NCBI GenBank assembly: GCA_020628865.1
Contig: JAHDEJ010000028.1
Location: forward strand, 398 to 64,397
Origin: Acidimicrobiales bacterium
GTDB taxonomy: Bacteria > Actinomycetota > Acidimicrobiia > Acidimicrobiales > SHLQ01
DNA: 64,000 nucleotides
Direction of reading: 5' to 3'
Within the stretch, counting starts at the first letter, position 1, and the number at the start of each line of letters is the position of its first letter. Positions 20,092-29,729 of the stretch are shown here, piece by piece. The translations under genes and the position numbers were made by a program. The notes beneath the pieces were generated by a model that saw only the letters and a list, made by a program, of their open reading frames with translations, made no database searches and was not told the DNA's origin.

Positions 20092-21735
20092 TCAGCCGGT
20101 GGAACCGAGCGTGGCGCTGAGCGTCACCGGTTCACCGTTGCGGATGATGTTGATGTCGATGTTGGTGCCCGGCGGGTTATCGATGACCCGGGCCCGAAGG
20201 TCGGTGCTTCCACGGACGCTCTCGCCGTCGAGGCCGACGAGGAGGTCGCCGACCTGGATGCCCGCAGCTTCAGCGGCGGAACCCGGCACGACCTCGGCGA
20301 CGAGGGCACCCGGCTGGCCGTCGGCCGACGGCTGGGTGCTCACGCCGAGCTGAGCGAGCTGTGGGGTTTCGCCGGCCACGATCTGATCGGCGATGATCTC
20401 CGCCAGGTCGATCGAGATGGCGAACCCGACGCCGGCGCTGGAGCCGGACTCGGTGAAGATCAGGTCGTTGATTCCGACGACCTCACCGGCGAGGTTGATC
20501 AACGGGCCACCGGAGTTGCCCGGGTTGATCGGTGCGTCGGTCTGGACCATCGAAGGTCCGCCCTGCGTGGTGATGCGGTCGACGCCGCTGATGATGCCGG
20601 CCGTGACGGTCCGCTCGAAACCGAACGGCGAGCCAACGGCCACCGCGAGCTGGCCGACACGAATGTCGTCCACGTCGGCGAGGGCTGCCGGCACGAGGTT
20701 GCGACCAGCAGGGTCGATCTTGACGACGGCGACATCGGTCGGCTCGTGCGTTCCCACGACCTGGCCCTCGACGGTGGAGCCGTCGAACAACCGCACGCTC
20801 ACCTGCGAGTTGTTGCCGACCACGTGGGCGGCGGTGAGGATCGTGCCATCGGCATCGATGATGAAGCCGGAGCCGAGGCCGTCGGCGAGCGTCAGCTGAA
20901 CGACGGAGGGTTCGATGATCTCCGCGGCAACGGCGAAGGGCTCGGTTGCGAGAATCGACGGATCAGCCGACTGGACGACGGCTGGTGTGGCCGCCGGCGC
21001 CGGATCGGCGGGATCCGCAGCGACCGGTGCGGCTTCGGCGACGGGAGGCGTGGTCACCGGCTGCTGGACACTGTCGGCAACGAACCAGGCGAGCAGGCCG
21101 GACGCACCGATCGTGAAGAGGGCCAGCAGGAGGAACGGCCACATGCGACGCTTCGGTGCCGGTGCCGCGGGCACGGGCGCAACCGGTGCGGCCGATGGTG
21201 GGAGTGCGGAGAACGACGGACGGCTGGCACCGGTGCTCGACACAGTGGTGCTTCCGGATCCAGCGGACGTGGACGGTGCGGGGGCAGCCGGAGCGGCGGG
21301 CGGCGCCATGGAGAACGGCGTCCGTTCGGCGGCGGACGGGGACGGAGCCGGCGCAAACACCGGAGGCGTCACGACCGGGGCGGCCACCGACACTCGGTCG
21401 GCCGTCGGGGACGGAGCGGCAGGAGCAGCGGTCGGTCGGGCCGGCTCAGCGGGCCGAGCGACGGGAGCTGCAGGAGCAGGCGGAGCGGAGGCGCTCGTCG
21501 GGCCGTCTGGCGCAGCCTGTGGGGCGAGCAGCGAGGTTCGCGGCGCCGGTGGGGTCGGCGCTGCGACGGGGGCGTCGGAGCGCCACGTGGGCTTGGGGTC
21601 CGCCGGGGTTTCGGCGGCAGCGGTGGACCCAACGGCGGGCATGCGCGGAGAGCTCACCTCGTCGGTCTTGTCTGGGGTGTCTCCGCTGGGCGAGTCCCAC
21701 ATGGATGGCAGTCCTTTCTCTCGTGCCTCAGGCAC
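20092..21735 (-). CDS. HtrA/DegP-family membrane serine protease with PDZ domain
   Basis: LTAAHVV, DVAVVK, TDAPINPGNSGGPL, C-terminal PDZ; Pro/Ala-rich N-terminus (start uncertain). Confidence 0.92.
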   Translation of the reverse strand: MPEAREKGLPSMWDSPSGDTPDKTDEVSSPRMPAVGSTAAAETPADPKPTWRSDAPVAAPTPPAPRTSLLAPQAAPDGPTSASAPPAPAAPVARPAEPARPTAAPAAPSPTADRVSVAAPVVTPPVFAPAPSPSAAERTPFSMAPPAAPAAPAPSTSAGSGSTTVSSTGASRPSFSALPPSAAPVAPVPAAPAPKRRMWPFLLLALFTIGASGLLAWFVADSVQQPVTTPPVAEAAPVAADPADPAPAATPAVVQSADPSILATEPFAVAAEIIEPSVVQLTLADGLGSGFIIDADGTILTAAHVVGNNSQVSVRLFDGSTVEGQVVGTHEPTDVAVVKIDPAGRNLVPAALADVDDIRVGQLAVAVGSPFGFERTVTAGIISGVDRITTQGGPSMVQTDAPINPGNSGGPLINLAGEVVGINDLIFTESGSSAGVGFAISIDLAEIIADQIVAGETPQLAQLGVSTQPSADGQPGALVAEVVPGSAAEAAGIQVGDLLVGLDGESVRGSTDLRARVIDNPPGTNIDINIIRNGEPVTLSATLGSTG

Positions 21736-21842
21736 GTCCTACCTCTACCACTGAAACGGTTGAACGTAAGGCCGGGTTGAGAGTCTCCTGAGGTGATCGG
21801 CAAAACCACCGAAAGACTGATGATGTTCCTTGTGGCGCCCAG

Positions 21843-24134
21843 TTGTTTGGTTGTTCATTACTCTTGAGGCCGATGCACTCTGGTTTGCGCGCTGTCCACG
21901 ACCTTGCCTCGATCGATGCGACCACCTGGCGGATCACCGGCGGCCGACCCACCCTCACGTTGACCGAGGTGCCGGCGCCGGGCTGGTATCTCGTGACGAC
22001 CGACCTCGCCGGGCAGAGCGATGTGGACGATGAGGCTCCGAGCGACGCACCGATTGCGCTGCGGTTCATGCCGGCGACCGGTTCGGTCATGCTGGCCCGC
22101 CGTCCGATCCCGGCCGTGGCCGGACGCCGCGCGCGGGTGGTGCATGTGCCGGAGGGAACCGAACGCGTGCACCTCGATGTTTCGCCGTGGCTGTCGGAGC
22201 TCACGGCGACGACGGTCGGTTTCCGGGCGCTGCCTCAGGCTGCGGCGGCCTCGATGATGTCGGCGGACGTGGCCGCATCCGGCGTCGGCGGCACAACGGA
22301 CCGGGGCGGGCTGTTCGCCGATGTTCGGTCGGCGTTCAAGCGTGGAGGTCTGCGCGGCTCGATCGAGCAGGTCGCCGTCGCCTACGAGCATCTCCAGCAC
22401 CGCCGAGCCGGTGACGGGGTCGACTACCCCTCGTGGCGAATCCGCAATGCCACCTTGTTCGACGACGACGTGGAACGCCTGCGCGGTCGGCTCGGCGACC
22501 TGCCTGGTGGCGGCCCGTCGTTCACCGTGGTCATGCCGGTGTACGAACCGGAGGAACGCTGGCTGCGGGCAGCGATCGAATCGGTTCGCAATCAGATTCA
22601 CACCCGCTGGCAACTGGTGATCGTGGACGATGCCTCGCCCGGCCCGGTCGCCCGTCGGGTCCTGGCGGACTATGCCCACGACCATCGAATCGTGGTCCAC
22701 CTTCGCAACGAGAACGGCCACATCGCCGCCACGACGAACGACGGCATCGAGCGGGCGACCGGCGAATTCGTGGCGTTCATGGATCACGACGACGAACTCG
22801 CGCCCGCTGCGCTCGCGCTGCTCGCTCTGGCTTCGCCGCAGGCCGATGTCCTCTACACCGACGAGGACAAGATCGACGAGAACGGCAAGCACTTCGATCC
22901 GCATTGCAAGCCGTCATGGAATCCGGAGCTCCTCTTCGGCCAGAACTACATGTCGCACCTGACGGCGATTCGACGGATCGTGCTGCAGGAGGCGGGTGGG
23001 CTCCGGACTGGAATGGACGGCTCGCAGGATCACGATCTGCTCCTTCGAGTGACGGCGGTGACCGCCCCGGATCGCATCGTGCATGTTCCGCACATCGCCT
23101 ATCACTGGCGGGCGATCTCCGGCTCGACGGCGCAGACCACCGACGCCAAGGACTACGTGGAAGGTGCGTCGATCGCTGCGCTGCGCGACCGCCTCGGCGA
23201 GGACTGGACCGTCGAAACCGCGGCGGCTCCCACCACCTACCGGTGCACGCCGCCGATTCCCGAGGACATCCCGCTCGTGTCGATCCTCATCCCGACGCGG
23301 GACAGGGCGGATCTCCTCGAGCAGTGTGTCGCGAGCCTCGCCCGCACCACGTGGCCGGCGTTCGAGATCATCATCATCGACAACGACTCGTCGGACCCGG
23401 AGGCGCTCGAATGGCTCGATGCGTTCGACAATGGCCACGATCGTCGTGTCGTTCGACATCCGGGTGCGTTCAACTACTCCGAGGTGAACAACCATGGCGC
23501 CCGGGAGGCGAAGGGCGAACTGCTCTGCCTCCTCAACAACGACACCGAGATCATCGAGCCCGACTGGCTGACCGAAATGGTGCGTTGGATCGGCCAGCCG
23601 GGCGTCGGCGCAGTCGGGGCGAAACTGCTGTACGGCGACGACAGGATCCAGCATGCGGGCGTGGTCCTGGGGCTCGGCGGTCTCGCCGGGCACGGCCATC
23701 ACCTCCTCGACGCGGACGCCTTCGGCTACTTCAGCCGACTCACCATCGCCCATGAGGTCGGAGCGGTGACCGCCGCCTGCATGCTCACCATGCGATCGAC
23801 CTGGGACCTCCTCGGCGGTCTGGATCCGGAGCTCGCCGTCGCATTCAACGATGTGGACTACTGCCTCCGCGTTCGTCACGATGCGGGCCAACGGATCATC
23901 TGGACGCCGCATGCGTTGCTTCATCATCACGAAAGCCTGAGCCGAGGCGCGGAGGACGACCCGGTCAAGGTCGCACGGTTCAACGCTGAGGTGGAGACGG
24001 CGATGGCTCGCTGGGCGGACCGACTCGGGGACGACCCGGCCTACTCCCCCAACCTGACGCTCGACGCCGAGTCGTTCACGTTGGCTCGCCAACCGCGGCT
24101 CGATGTGCCGTGGGCGGAGCCGGGTACGGCTTAA
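21843..24134 (+). CDS. Double-domain GT2 glycosyltransferase (start uncertain)
   Basis: VVMPVY..DDAS..MDHDD..YTDED; second domain ILIPTRD..LLNNDTE..FNDVDYCLR. Confidence 0.9.
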   Translation: MFGCSLLLRPMHSGLRAVHDLASIDATTWRITGGRPTLTLTEVPAPGWYLVTTDLAGQSDVDDEAPSDAPIALRFMPATGSVMLARRPIPAVAGRRARVVHVPEGTERVHLDVSPWLSELTATTVGFRALPQAAAASMMSADVAASGVGGTTDRGGLFADVRSAFKRGGLRGSIEQVAVAYEHLQHRRAGDGVDYPSWRIRNATLFDDDVERLRGRLGDLPGGGPSFTVVMPVYEPEERWLRAAIESVRNQIHTRWQLVIVDDASPGPVARRVLADYAHDHRIVVHLRNENGHIAATTNDGIERATGEFVAFMDHDDELAPAALALLALASPQADVLYTDEDKIDENGKHFDPHCKPSWNPELLFGQNYMSHLTAIRRIVLQEAGGLRTGMDGSQDHDLLLRVTAVTAPDRIVHVPHIAYHWRAISGSTAQTTDAKDYVEGASIAALRDRLGEDWTVETAAAPTTYRCTPPIPEDIPLVSILIPTRDRADLLEQCVASLARTTWPAFEIIIIDNDSSDPEALEWLDAFDNGHDRRVVRHPGAFNYSEVNNHGAREAKGELLCLLNNDTEIIEPDWLTEMVRWIGQPGVGAVGAKLLYGDDRIQHAGVVLGLGGLAGHGHHLLDADAFGYFSRLTIAHEVGAVTAACMLTMRSTWDLLGGLDPELAVAFNDVDYCLRVRHDAGQRIIWTPHALLHHHESLSRGAEDDPVKVARFNAEVETAMARWADRLGDDPAYSPNLTLDAESFTLARQPRLDVPWAEPGTA

Positions 24135-24688
24135 AGAACCGCCAGAACGACGGCAAGCGCGACCGTCAGCAGCACGAGGAAGAGCACGGGCAGCACCCAG
24201 CGCCGCCTCCGCCTCGCCTCCTCGACCGCCGACCCTTGTTCGTCGTCCTTCACACTCACCGGAAGCACGGGCACGTTGTGCGGTGTCGGGGCCTGCCGAA
24301 CGACGGTCGGTGCAACGGCACCGTGGCGGCCGTAGCGCGAGTCGTGGTCGACCCGGGCCGACAGCGCCACTCGGCTGCTCTCGCGAGCGATCACTTCGCT
24401 GACCGGCGCAGAGTCTGGTTGCCCGACCACCGGCTCCGCTGCCGGTTCGACTGCCGGAGCCGTCAGATCGATGGTGGGCTCCGACACGGCAGGAGGGGCG
24501 ACCGGAGGTGGGGCCACATCCGCTGTCTGGGCCGGTTCCACGACGATTGCCGGTTGTTCGCTGATCGGCGGAGGCGACGGCACTGGTGGCGGTTCGCGCA
24601 GGTCGATCTCGCGCGGTGCGCGCGAGAGATCGTTCAGTCGATTCAAGATGTCCTCGAGCGGTCGCCCGTCGCCACCCACCGTTGTCAT
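24131..24688 (-). CDS. Hypothetical Pro-rich protein with C-terminal TM
   Basis: ORF composition; RRRRRW followed by a hydrophobic tail. Confidence 0.55.
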   Translation of the reverse strand: MTTVGGDGRPLEDILNRLNDLSRAPREIDLREPPPVPSPPPISEQPAIVVEPAQTADVAPPPVAPPAVSEPTIDLTAPAVEPAAEPVVGQPDSAPVSEVIARESSRVALSARVDHDSRYGRHGAVAPTVVRQAPTPHNVPVLPVSVKDDEQGSAVEEARRRRRWVLPVLFLVLLTVALAVVLAVL

Positions 24689-24804
24689 GGCCCCATGGTG
24701 CACGGTGGCATCACACCTCGTCAATCACTCGCCGCGACCTTCTCCCGTCCCGGCGCGTCATCCATGTGGCGGCGAACCCCCAACCCCTTCGAGGAGCAAC
24801 GACG

Positions 24805-25359
24805 ATGAGTGCAGGACGGATGATCGGATCGCTGGTGGGCGCCTTTGGCGGCCGGGCGCTGGGCGGCATGCTCGGCGGAGGCACCGGTCGGATGGTCGGC
24901 AGCCTCGTTGGGTCGATGTTGGGTAGCCGCGGCGGCCTCGGTGGACTGACCGGCGGGCTCGGTTCCGTGCTCGGAGGACTCGGAGGCGGCAAGGACGAGG
25001 ACACCGCGCCGGAGATCGATGATGAGACCGCAATGGTGCTGATCCGTGCGATGACCAGCTCGGCGAAGGCCGATGGCGAGGTCTCCCAGGACGAAGTCGA
25101 CGCGATCGTCCAGCGGGCCGGCGACCTCGACGCCGACGAGGAAGCACTGCTCCGCCACGAATTGTCGACGCCGCTCGATCTCGATGCCCTCATCGAGTCC
25201 GTGCCTTCCGGCATGGAGAAGGACGTCTACGTTGCGTCGCTGCTGCCGATCGAGGTCGACACCATCGAGGAGCGCGACTACCTCCGGGACCTGGCCGACG
25301 GCCTCGGTCTCCGCGAAGACGACGTCATCGAGATTCACGCAGCGCTCGATCAGCGCTGA
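24805..25359 (+). CDS. DUF533 / TerB-like protein
   Basis: Gly-rich N-terminus; LIRAMTSSAKADG, YVASLL, ERDYLRDLA; GAGGAG RBS. Confidence 0.85.
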   Translation: MSAGRMIGSLVGAFGGRALGGMLGGGTGRMVGSLVGSMLGSRGGLGGLTGGLGSVLGGLGGGKDEDTAPEIDDETAMVLIRAMTSSAKADGEVSQDEVDAIVQRAGDLDADEEALLRHELSTPLDLDALIESVPSGMEKDVYVASLLPIEVDTIEERDYLRDLADGLGLREDDVIEIHAALDQR

Positions 25360-25365
25360 TCGCGT

Positions 25366-26190
25366 TCAGGTCGCGAGGTCGTAGCTGGCGATCGTGCAAC
25401 TGACGGCGAAGATGGGAATCGGTGCGGTGAAGTGCACCGTGCCCGTTGCACCGCCGGCCGCTGCGCTGACGGTGAGGAAGGTGCGGATCTCGAAGCCGCC
25501 CTGGCCGGCGTCGGCGTAGACCGTGAGGTCGTCGTAGTCGAGAAGCGCGTCCTTGTCGTTGCGACACCATCGCTCGAGGAAGTCGAGGTCCCACGCCTCG
25601 TTGATCTTCCCCGAGTCCGGGGTGGCCGGCCAATGACTGATTCCGCCGGTGCCGACGATGGCGATCTTCTCCGGCACCGAGTCGGCGGCGCGACGCAGCG
25701 CCTCGCCGAACGCCCATGCACGATGCAGCGGTGTGAGCGGCGGGCCCTGGCAGTTGATGTTCACCGGAATGACCGGAAGGTCGAACCGGGGTGTCAGGAA
25801 GTGCAGCGGCACGGCGATGCCGTGGTCGAACTTCCACTCCTCGGCGTAGCTCACGTCGACCGTCTGCATCACCTCGGTGATCAGGCGCTGCGCCAGGTCC
25901 TTGTTGCCCGGCGCCCGGAACTTGTCGATCTTCAGCCAGCCCGGGTCCTCGATCGGGCCGTCGTAGAAGTCGGCCATGCCGATGGCGAAGCTCGGCATGT
26001 TGTTCATGAAGAAGTTGGCGAAGTGTTCGGCGGCGATCACGACGATCGCCTCGGCGCCACTGGCTTCGATGTCGGCCCGCATCTGGTGGAACGCGTCGTA
26101 GAACGCATCCCGCACCTCGGGGTCGGCCTGCTCGGCCCGGCCGGTGATTCCCGGTGCGTGTGAACACACGCCTGCGTAGACCAAGCTCAT
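25366..26190 (-). CDS. Class III extradiol ring-cleavage dioxygenase, LigB-like catalytic subunit
   Basis: CSHAPG, EHFANFF, FDHG..VPL, GTGGISHWP, GGFEIR. Confidence 0.88.
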   Translation of the reverse strand: MSLVYAGVCSHAPGITGRAEQADPEVRDAFYDAFHQMRADIEASGAEAIVVIAAEHFANFFMNNMPSFAIGMADFYDGPIEDPGWLKIDKFRAPGNKDLAQRLITEVMQTVDVSYAEEWKFDHGIAVPLHFLTPRFDLPVIPVNINCQGPPLTPLHRAWAFGEALRRAADSVPEKIAIVGTGGISHWPATPDSGKINEAWDLDFLERWCRNDKDALLDYDDLTVYADAGQGGFEIRTFLTVSAAAGGATGTVHFTAPIPIFAVSCTIASYDLAT

Positions 26191-26204
26191 GAAAAGCTCT
26201 CTCT

Positions 26205-26269
26205 CGCTCGACACTTCCGGTCGAGATTGCGGTCAATCAACATGGTCGCTCCCCTTCGGTCCGCTCCCC
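26205..26269. repeat. 65-bp imperfect direct repeat, copy 1 (REP-like, contains hairpin)
   Basis: cgctcgacacttccggtcgagat..catggtcgctc..cgctcccc, same block spacing as copy 2. Confidence 0.85.
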
Positions 26270-26613
26270 GTCTGCCCTTGTCCCAATCGCTGAGCGTGGG
26301 CGTCGGTGCCTTCATATCCCGTCATTGCGTAGACACCTTCGCGGACGGGGCCGTGTTCCTCGATGCCGTCTCGCATGCGTTGCAGGTAGTCCTGCCACTC
26401 GATCTGGTGGAACGCGGCGAAGTGCATGAGGATCTGACCGTTCACACCGAGGTGGAACAGCAGGCCGATGTCGGGCTCGGTCAGCGCCCGGACCTCTTCA
26501 TCGGTGAGGTCGTACGGCTCCAGAGGTGCGTGGCGGTCGGCCGTGTAGGCAGCCTGCACCTGCTCATCCCGATTCAGCTCATAGAGAAACTTCTGGACGT
26601 AATACAACGACAT
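26233..26613 (-). CDS. LigA-like small subunit of aromatic ring-opening dioxygenase
   Basis: MSLYYVQKFLYELNRD..YDLTDEEVRAL..DIGLLFHLGVN; adjacent to the LigB-like gene. Confidence 0.75.
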   Translation of the reverse strand: MSLYYVQKFLYELNRDEQVQAAYTADRHAPLEPYDLTDEEVRALTEPDIGLLFHLGVNGQILMHFAAFHQIEWQDYLQRMRDGIEEHGPVREGVYAMTGYEGTDAHAQRLGQGQTGSGPKGSDHVD

Positions 26614-26651
26614 TCGTCAGCGCCCTTTCCCGGGCGGGGTCATGCTGCTCC

Positions 26652-26716
26652 CGCTCGACACTTCCGGTCGAGATCCGTGTTCACCCTCATGGTCGCTCAC
26701 CTCCGGCTCGCTCCCC
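26652..26716. repeat. 65-bp imperfect direct repeat, copy 2
   Basis: 23-bp exact match to 26205-26227, plus two further conserved blocks. Confidence 0.85.
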
Positions 26717-26729
26717 CAGAACATCGATC

Positions 26730-28259
26730 TCAGCCCCCCAACTTCGGGATCGAATGCGTGTCGAGGGCGACGGAGATGTTCTTTGTCTCCATGTAGAAGT
26801 CGAAGCTCCAGTCGCCGCCGTCGCGGCCGATGCCGCTGGCCTTCGTGCCGCCGAATGGCGTGGGCAGGTGGCGGACGTTCTGGCTGTTGACCCAGATCAT
26901 TCCGGCATCGAGTGCGTCGGCGACGCGGTGCGCCCGGCCGACATCTCGTGTCCAGAGGTAGCCGGCGAGTCCGTAGTCGATGTCGTTGCCGATCTTCACG
27001 GCGTCGGCTTCGTCGGTGAAGGGGATGGCGGTGAGCACCGGGCCGAAGATCTCCTCCTGGGCGATGCGCATGTCGTTTCGGGCGTTGGTGAAGAGCATCG
27101 GTGCGACCCATTGGCCGTCCGCCGGTGCCTCAGCCCACGGTGTTCCCTCGATGACCGTGGCCCCGTCGGCTTCGGCGATCTCGCGGTAGCTGCACACCTT
27201 CTCGTGATGACGCGGGTGGATGAGTGGGCCGATCACCGAGCCGGGGTCGAGCGGATGGCCCACGGGCACGTTGCGCATCTTCTCGGCGATGCGTTCGGTG
27301 AACTCGTCGTAGATCGTGTCTTGGATGAGCACCCGGCTGGAGCTGGTGCATCGTTCGCCGTTGAGGCTGTAGATCATGAAGACGACCGCGTCGACGGCGC
27401 GGTCGAGGTCGGCGTCGTCGAACACGATCACCGGGTTCTTGCCGCCGAGCTCGAAGTGCACCCGCTTGAGGGTGGGCGCGCCCTGCGCCTGGATCATCGA
27501 GCCGGTGGAGCTCTCACCGACGAAGGCGATGGCCTTGATCGCCGGATGTTCGGTGAGCGACTTGCCGGCGGTCTCGCCCATGCCGTGCACGACGTTGAGC
27601 GCACCGACCGGCAGCCCGGCTTCCTGCGCGGTCTCAGCCAGAAGGTGCGCGGTGTAGGGGCTCCATTCGGCCGGCTTGTGCACGACTGTGCAACCGGCGG
27701 CGAGCGCCGGGGCGATCTTCCACGTACTCAGCATGAAGGGCGTGTTCCACGGCGTGATCACGCCGACCGGGCCGATGGCCTTGCGGGTCGTGTAGTTGAT
27801 GTGGTCGCCGGATGGGAGCGACAGCCCGTCGGCGGCGCCCGGTGCCTGGTCGGCGAAGAACCGGAAGTTGGCGGCACCGCGCAACGCGGCGGCGCTCATG
27901 AACCGCATCGTCTGGCCGGTGTCGACGCACTCGGTCACGGCGATCTGGTGAGCCCGCTCCTCGATCAGGTCGGCCACGTCGTGGAGGATCGCCTTGCGCT
28001 TGGTGCCCGGCATGTTGCTCCAGGCACCGAACGCCTCCTGGGCCGCGGCAGCGGCAGCATCGATGTCGGCGGCGTCACCGGCCGAGACGTCGCCGAGGTG
28101 GGCTCCGTCGATCGGCGACTGGTTGGCGAACGTCTCGCCGCTGACGCTGGGAACCGCCTCGCCGGCGATCAGATGCGGCAACGGTTCGCTGCGGAACCGG
28201 GCGAGATGCTCCTCGGCTGCAGCGAGGTTCTCGGCGTAGGTGTGGCTGGATCCGGCCAT
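26730..28259 (-). CDS. hpaE: 5-carboxymethyl-2-hydroxymuconate semialdehyde dehydrogenase
   Basis: ITPWNTPFML, FELGGKNP, YSLNGERCT, EEIFGPV, NSQNVRHLPTPFGG. Confidence 0.9.
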   Translation of the reverse strand: MAGSSHTYAENLAAAEEHLARFRSEPLPHLIAGEAVPSVSGETFANQSPIDGAHLGDVSAGDAADIDAAAAAAQEAFGAWSNMPGTKRKAILHDVADLIEERAHQIAVTECVDTGQTMRFMSAAALRGAANFRFFADQAPGAADGLSLPSGDHINYTTRKAIGPVGVITPWNTPFMLSTWKIAPALAAGCTVVHKPAEWSPYTAHLLAETAQEAGLPVGALNVVHGMGETAGKSLTEHPAIKAIAFVGESSTGSMIQAQGAPTLKRVHFELGGKNPVIVFDDADLDRAVDAVVFMIYSLNGERCTSSSRVLIQDTIYDEFTERIAEKMRNVPVGHPLDPGSVIGPLIHPRHHEKVCSYREIAEADGATVIEGTPWAEAPADGQWVAPMLFTNARNDMRIAQEEIFGPVLTAIPFTDEADAVKIGNDIDYGLAGYLWTRDVGRAHRVADALDAGMIWVNSQNVRHLPTPFGGTKASGIGRDGGDWSFDFYMETKNISVALDTHSIPKLGG

Positions 28260-28282
28260 GCGCTTGTCGTCCCCGATCGAAG

Positions 28283-28303
28283 ATGTTTAACATGTGTAGT
28301 ATT
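28283..28303. promoter_or_regulatory. Probable HpaR (MarR) operator in the divergent promoter region
   Basis: AT-rich palindrome ATGTT-T-AACAT between divergent hpaE and FAH-hpaR genes. Confidence 0.55.
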
Positions 28304-28356
28304 CAGTGATCCGCTGGCGATTGCAAGCACGACCGCCACAGACCCGACGAGACCCC

Positions 28357-29250
28357 ATGCGCTTTCTCTCCTTCACGGCCGCCGAGACCAACAGCTTCGG
28401 AATGCTCACCGCCGACGGTGATGGCGTCATCGACCTCGGCCGCCGAATGGGCGACGTCCGCGATCTCGGCGACCTCGTCGCGCAGGAACGCCTGGGTCAA
28501 GCAGCGCAGTTCTCTGGCGAACCGGCCGACCATCACCTCTCCGATGTGCAACACGAGCGCCTCCTGCCCTGGCCCGGCAAGATCTTCTGCATCGGCGTGA
28601 ACTACGGCGGCCGCGCCGCCGAGTACGCCGACAAGAGCGACGCCGCCTACCCCTCCGTCTTCGTCCGCTTTCCCGATTCCTTCACCGGGCACGACCAGGC
28701 ACTCGTTCGCCCGCCCGAGAGTCCGCAGCTCGACTACGAAGGCGAGATCGTCGTGGTGATCGGCAAGGAAGGCCGACGCATCCCCATCGAGAACGCACGG
28801 GACCACATCGCCGGCCTCACCCTCGGCAACGAGGGCACGATCCGTGACTGGGTGCGTCACGCCAAGTTCAACGTGACCCAGGGAAAGAACTGGGAGTCCA
28901 CCGGCGCGTTCGGGCCCCACCTGGTCACCATGGACGAGATCGGCGACCTCGAGGCCCTGCACCTCACCACGCGGGTGAACGGCGAGCTCCGTCAGGACGA
29001 TCACCCGGCGACCATGAAGTACTCGATCGAGTACCAGATCCACTACCTGTCCACGTTCACCACCCTTCGGCCGGGCGACATCATCTTCAGCGGCACACCG
29101 ACGGGCGCCGGGGCTCGCTTCGATCCACCGATCTGGCTCGAGCCCGGCGACGTCATCGAGGTCACCGTGCCCGAGCTCGGCACGCTGCGGAACTCCGTCG
29201 TGGACGAGTTCCCCGACGGCAGCACCCACACCGCACCGGAGCCGCAGTGA
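28357..29250 (+). CDS. Fumarylacetoacetate hydrolase family protein (HpaG-like)
   Basis: KIFCIGVNY, LDYEGE, GKN, PGDIIFSGTP. Confidence 0.9.
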   Translation: MRFLSFTAAETNSFGMLTADGDGVIDLGRRMGDVRDLGDLVAQERLGQAAQFSGEPADHHLSDVQHERLLPWPGKIFCIGVNYGGRAAEYADKSDAAYPSVFVRFPDSFTGHDQALVRPPESPQLDYEGEIVVVIGKEGRRIPIENARDHIAGLTLGNEGTIRDWVRHAKFNVTQGKNWESTGAFGPHLVTMDEIGDLEALHLTTRVNGELRQDDHPATMKYSIEYQIHYLSTFTTLRPGDIIFSGTPTGAGARFDPPIWLEPGDVIEVTVPELGTLRNSVVDEFPDGSTHTAPEPQ

Positions 29251-29729
29251 GCACCGCGGCGCGCGGTCCGACGACGACGCCGTCGATGCGTTCGTTCGAC
29301 GATTCGCTCCCGATGGCGCTTCTTGCGGCTCGAGAGTCGGCGATGCAGTACTTCCGCCCGATGCTCGCCGCCCACGATCTGACCGAACAGCAGTGGCGAA
29401 TCCTGCGCGCGCTGCGTGCCGCAGAGGCACCGGTCGACGTCGGGCATCTCGTCATCGCCACGAACCTGCTCGCACCGAGCGTCAGCCGAATCCTCGCCAA
29501 CCTCGAGGATCGAGGGTTGATCGACCGCACCCAGGCCGCCGACGATCAACGGCGGTCGGTCATCTCGCTTTCCGCCAACGGCGTCGCAGTGGTCGGCCAA
29601 GTGGCGCCCGAGTCGGAACGCATCTACGCGATGATCGAAGCGCGCTTCGGCACCGAGCGGCTGCACTCGCTCATCCGCGAACTGCACGACCTCGCCCAGC
29701 TCCTGCCCGATCCGGAGGACTCGCCATGA
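29247..29729 (+). CDS. hpaR: Homoprotocatechuate operon MarR repressor
   Basis: SLPMALLAARESAMQYFRPML..LTEQQWRILRAL, PSVSRIL. Confidence 0.88.
   Translation: MSTAARGPTTTPSMRSFDDSLPMALLAARESAMQYFRPMLAAHDLTEQQWRILRALRAAEAPVDVGHLVIATNLLAPSVSRILANLEDRGLIDRTQAADDQRRSVISLSANGVAVVGQVAPESERIYAMIEARFGTERLHSLIRELHDLAQLLPDPEDSP

Noticed and set aside
21797-21830. GGCAAAACC..GAAAG resembling a c-di-GMP-I riboswitch
   Set aside because: The stem around GAAA does not pair and the downstream GACGCAAAG is missing.
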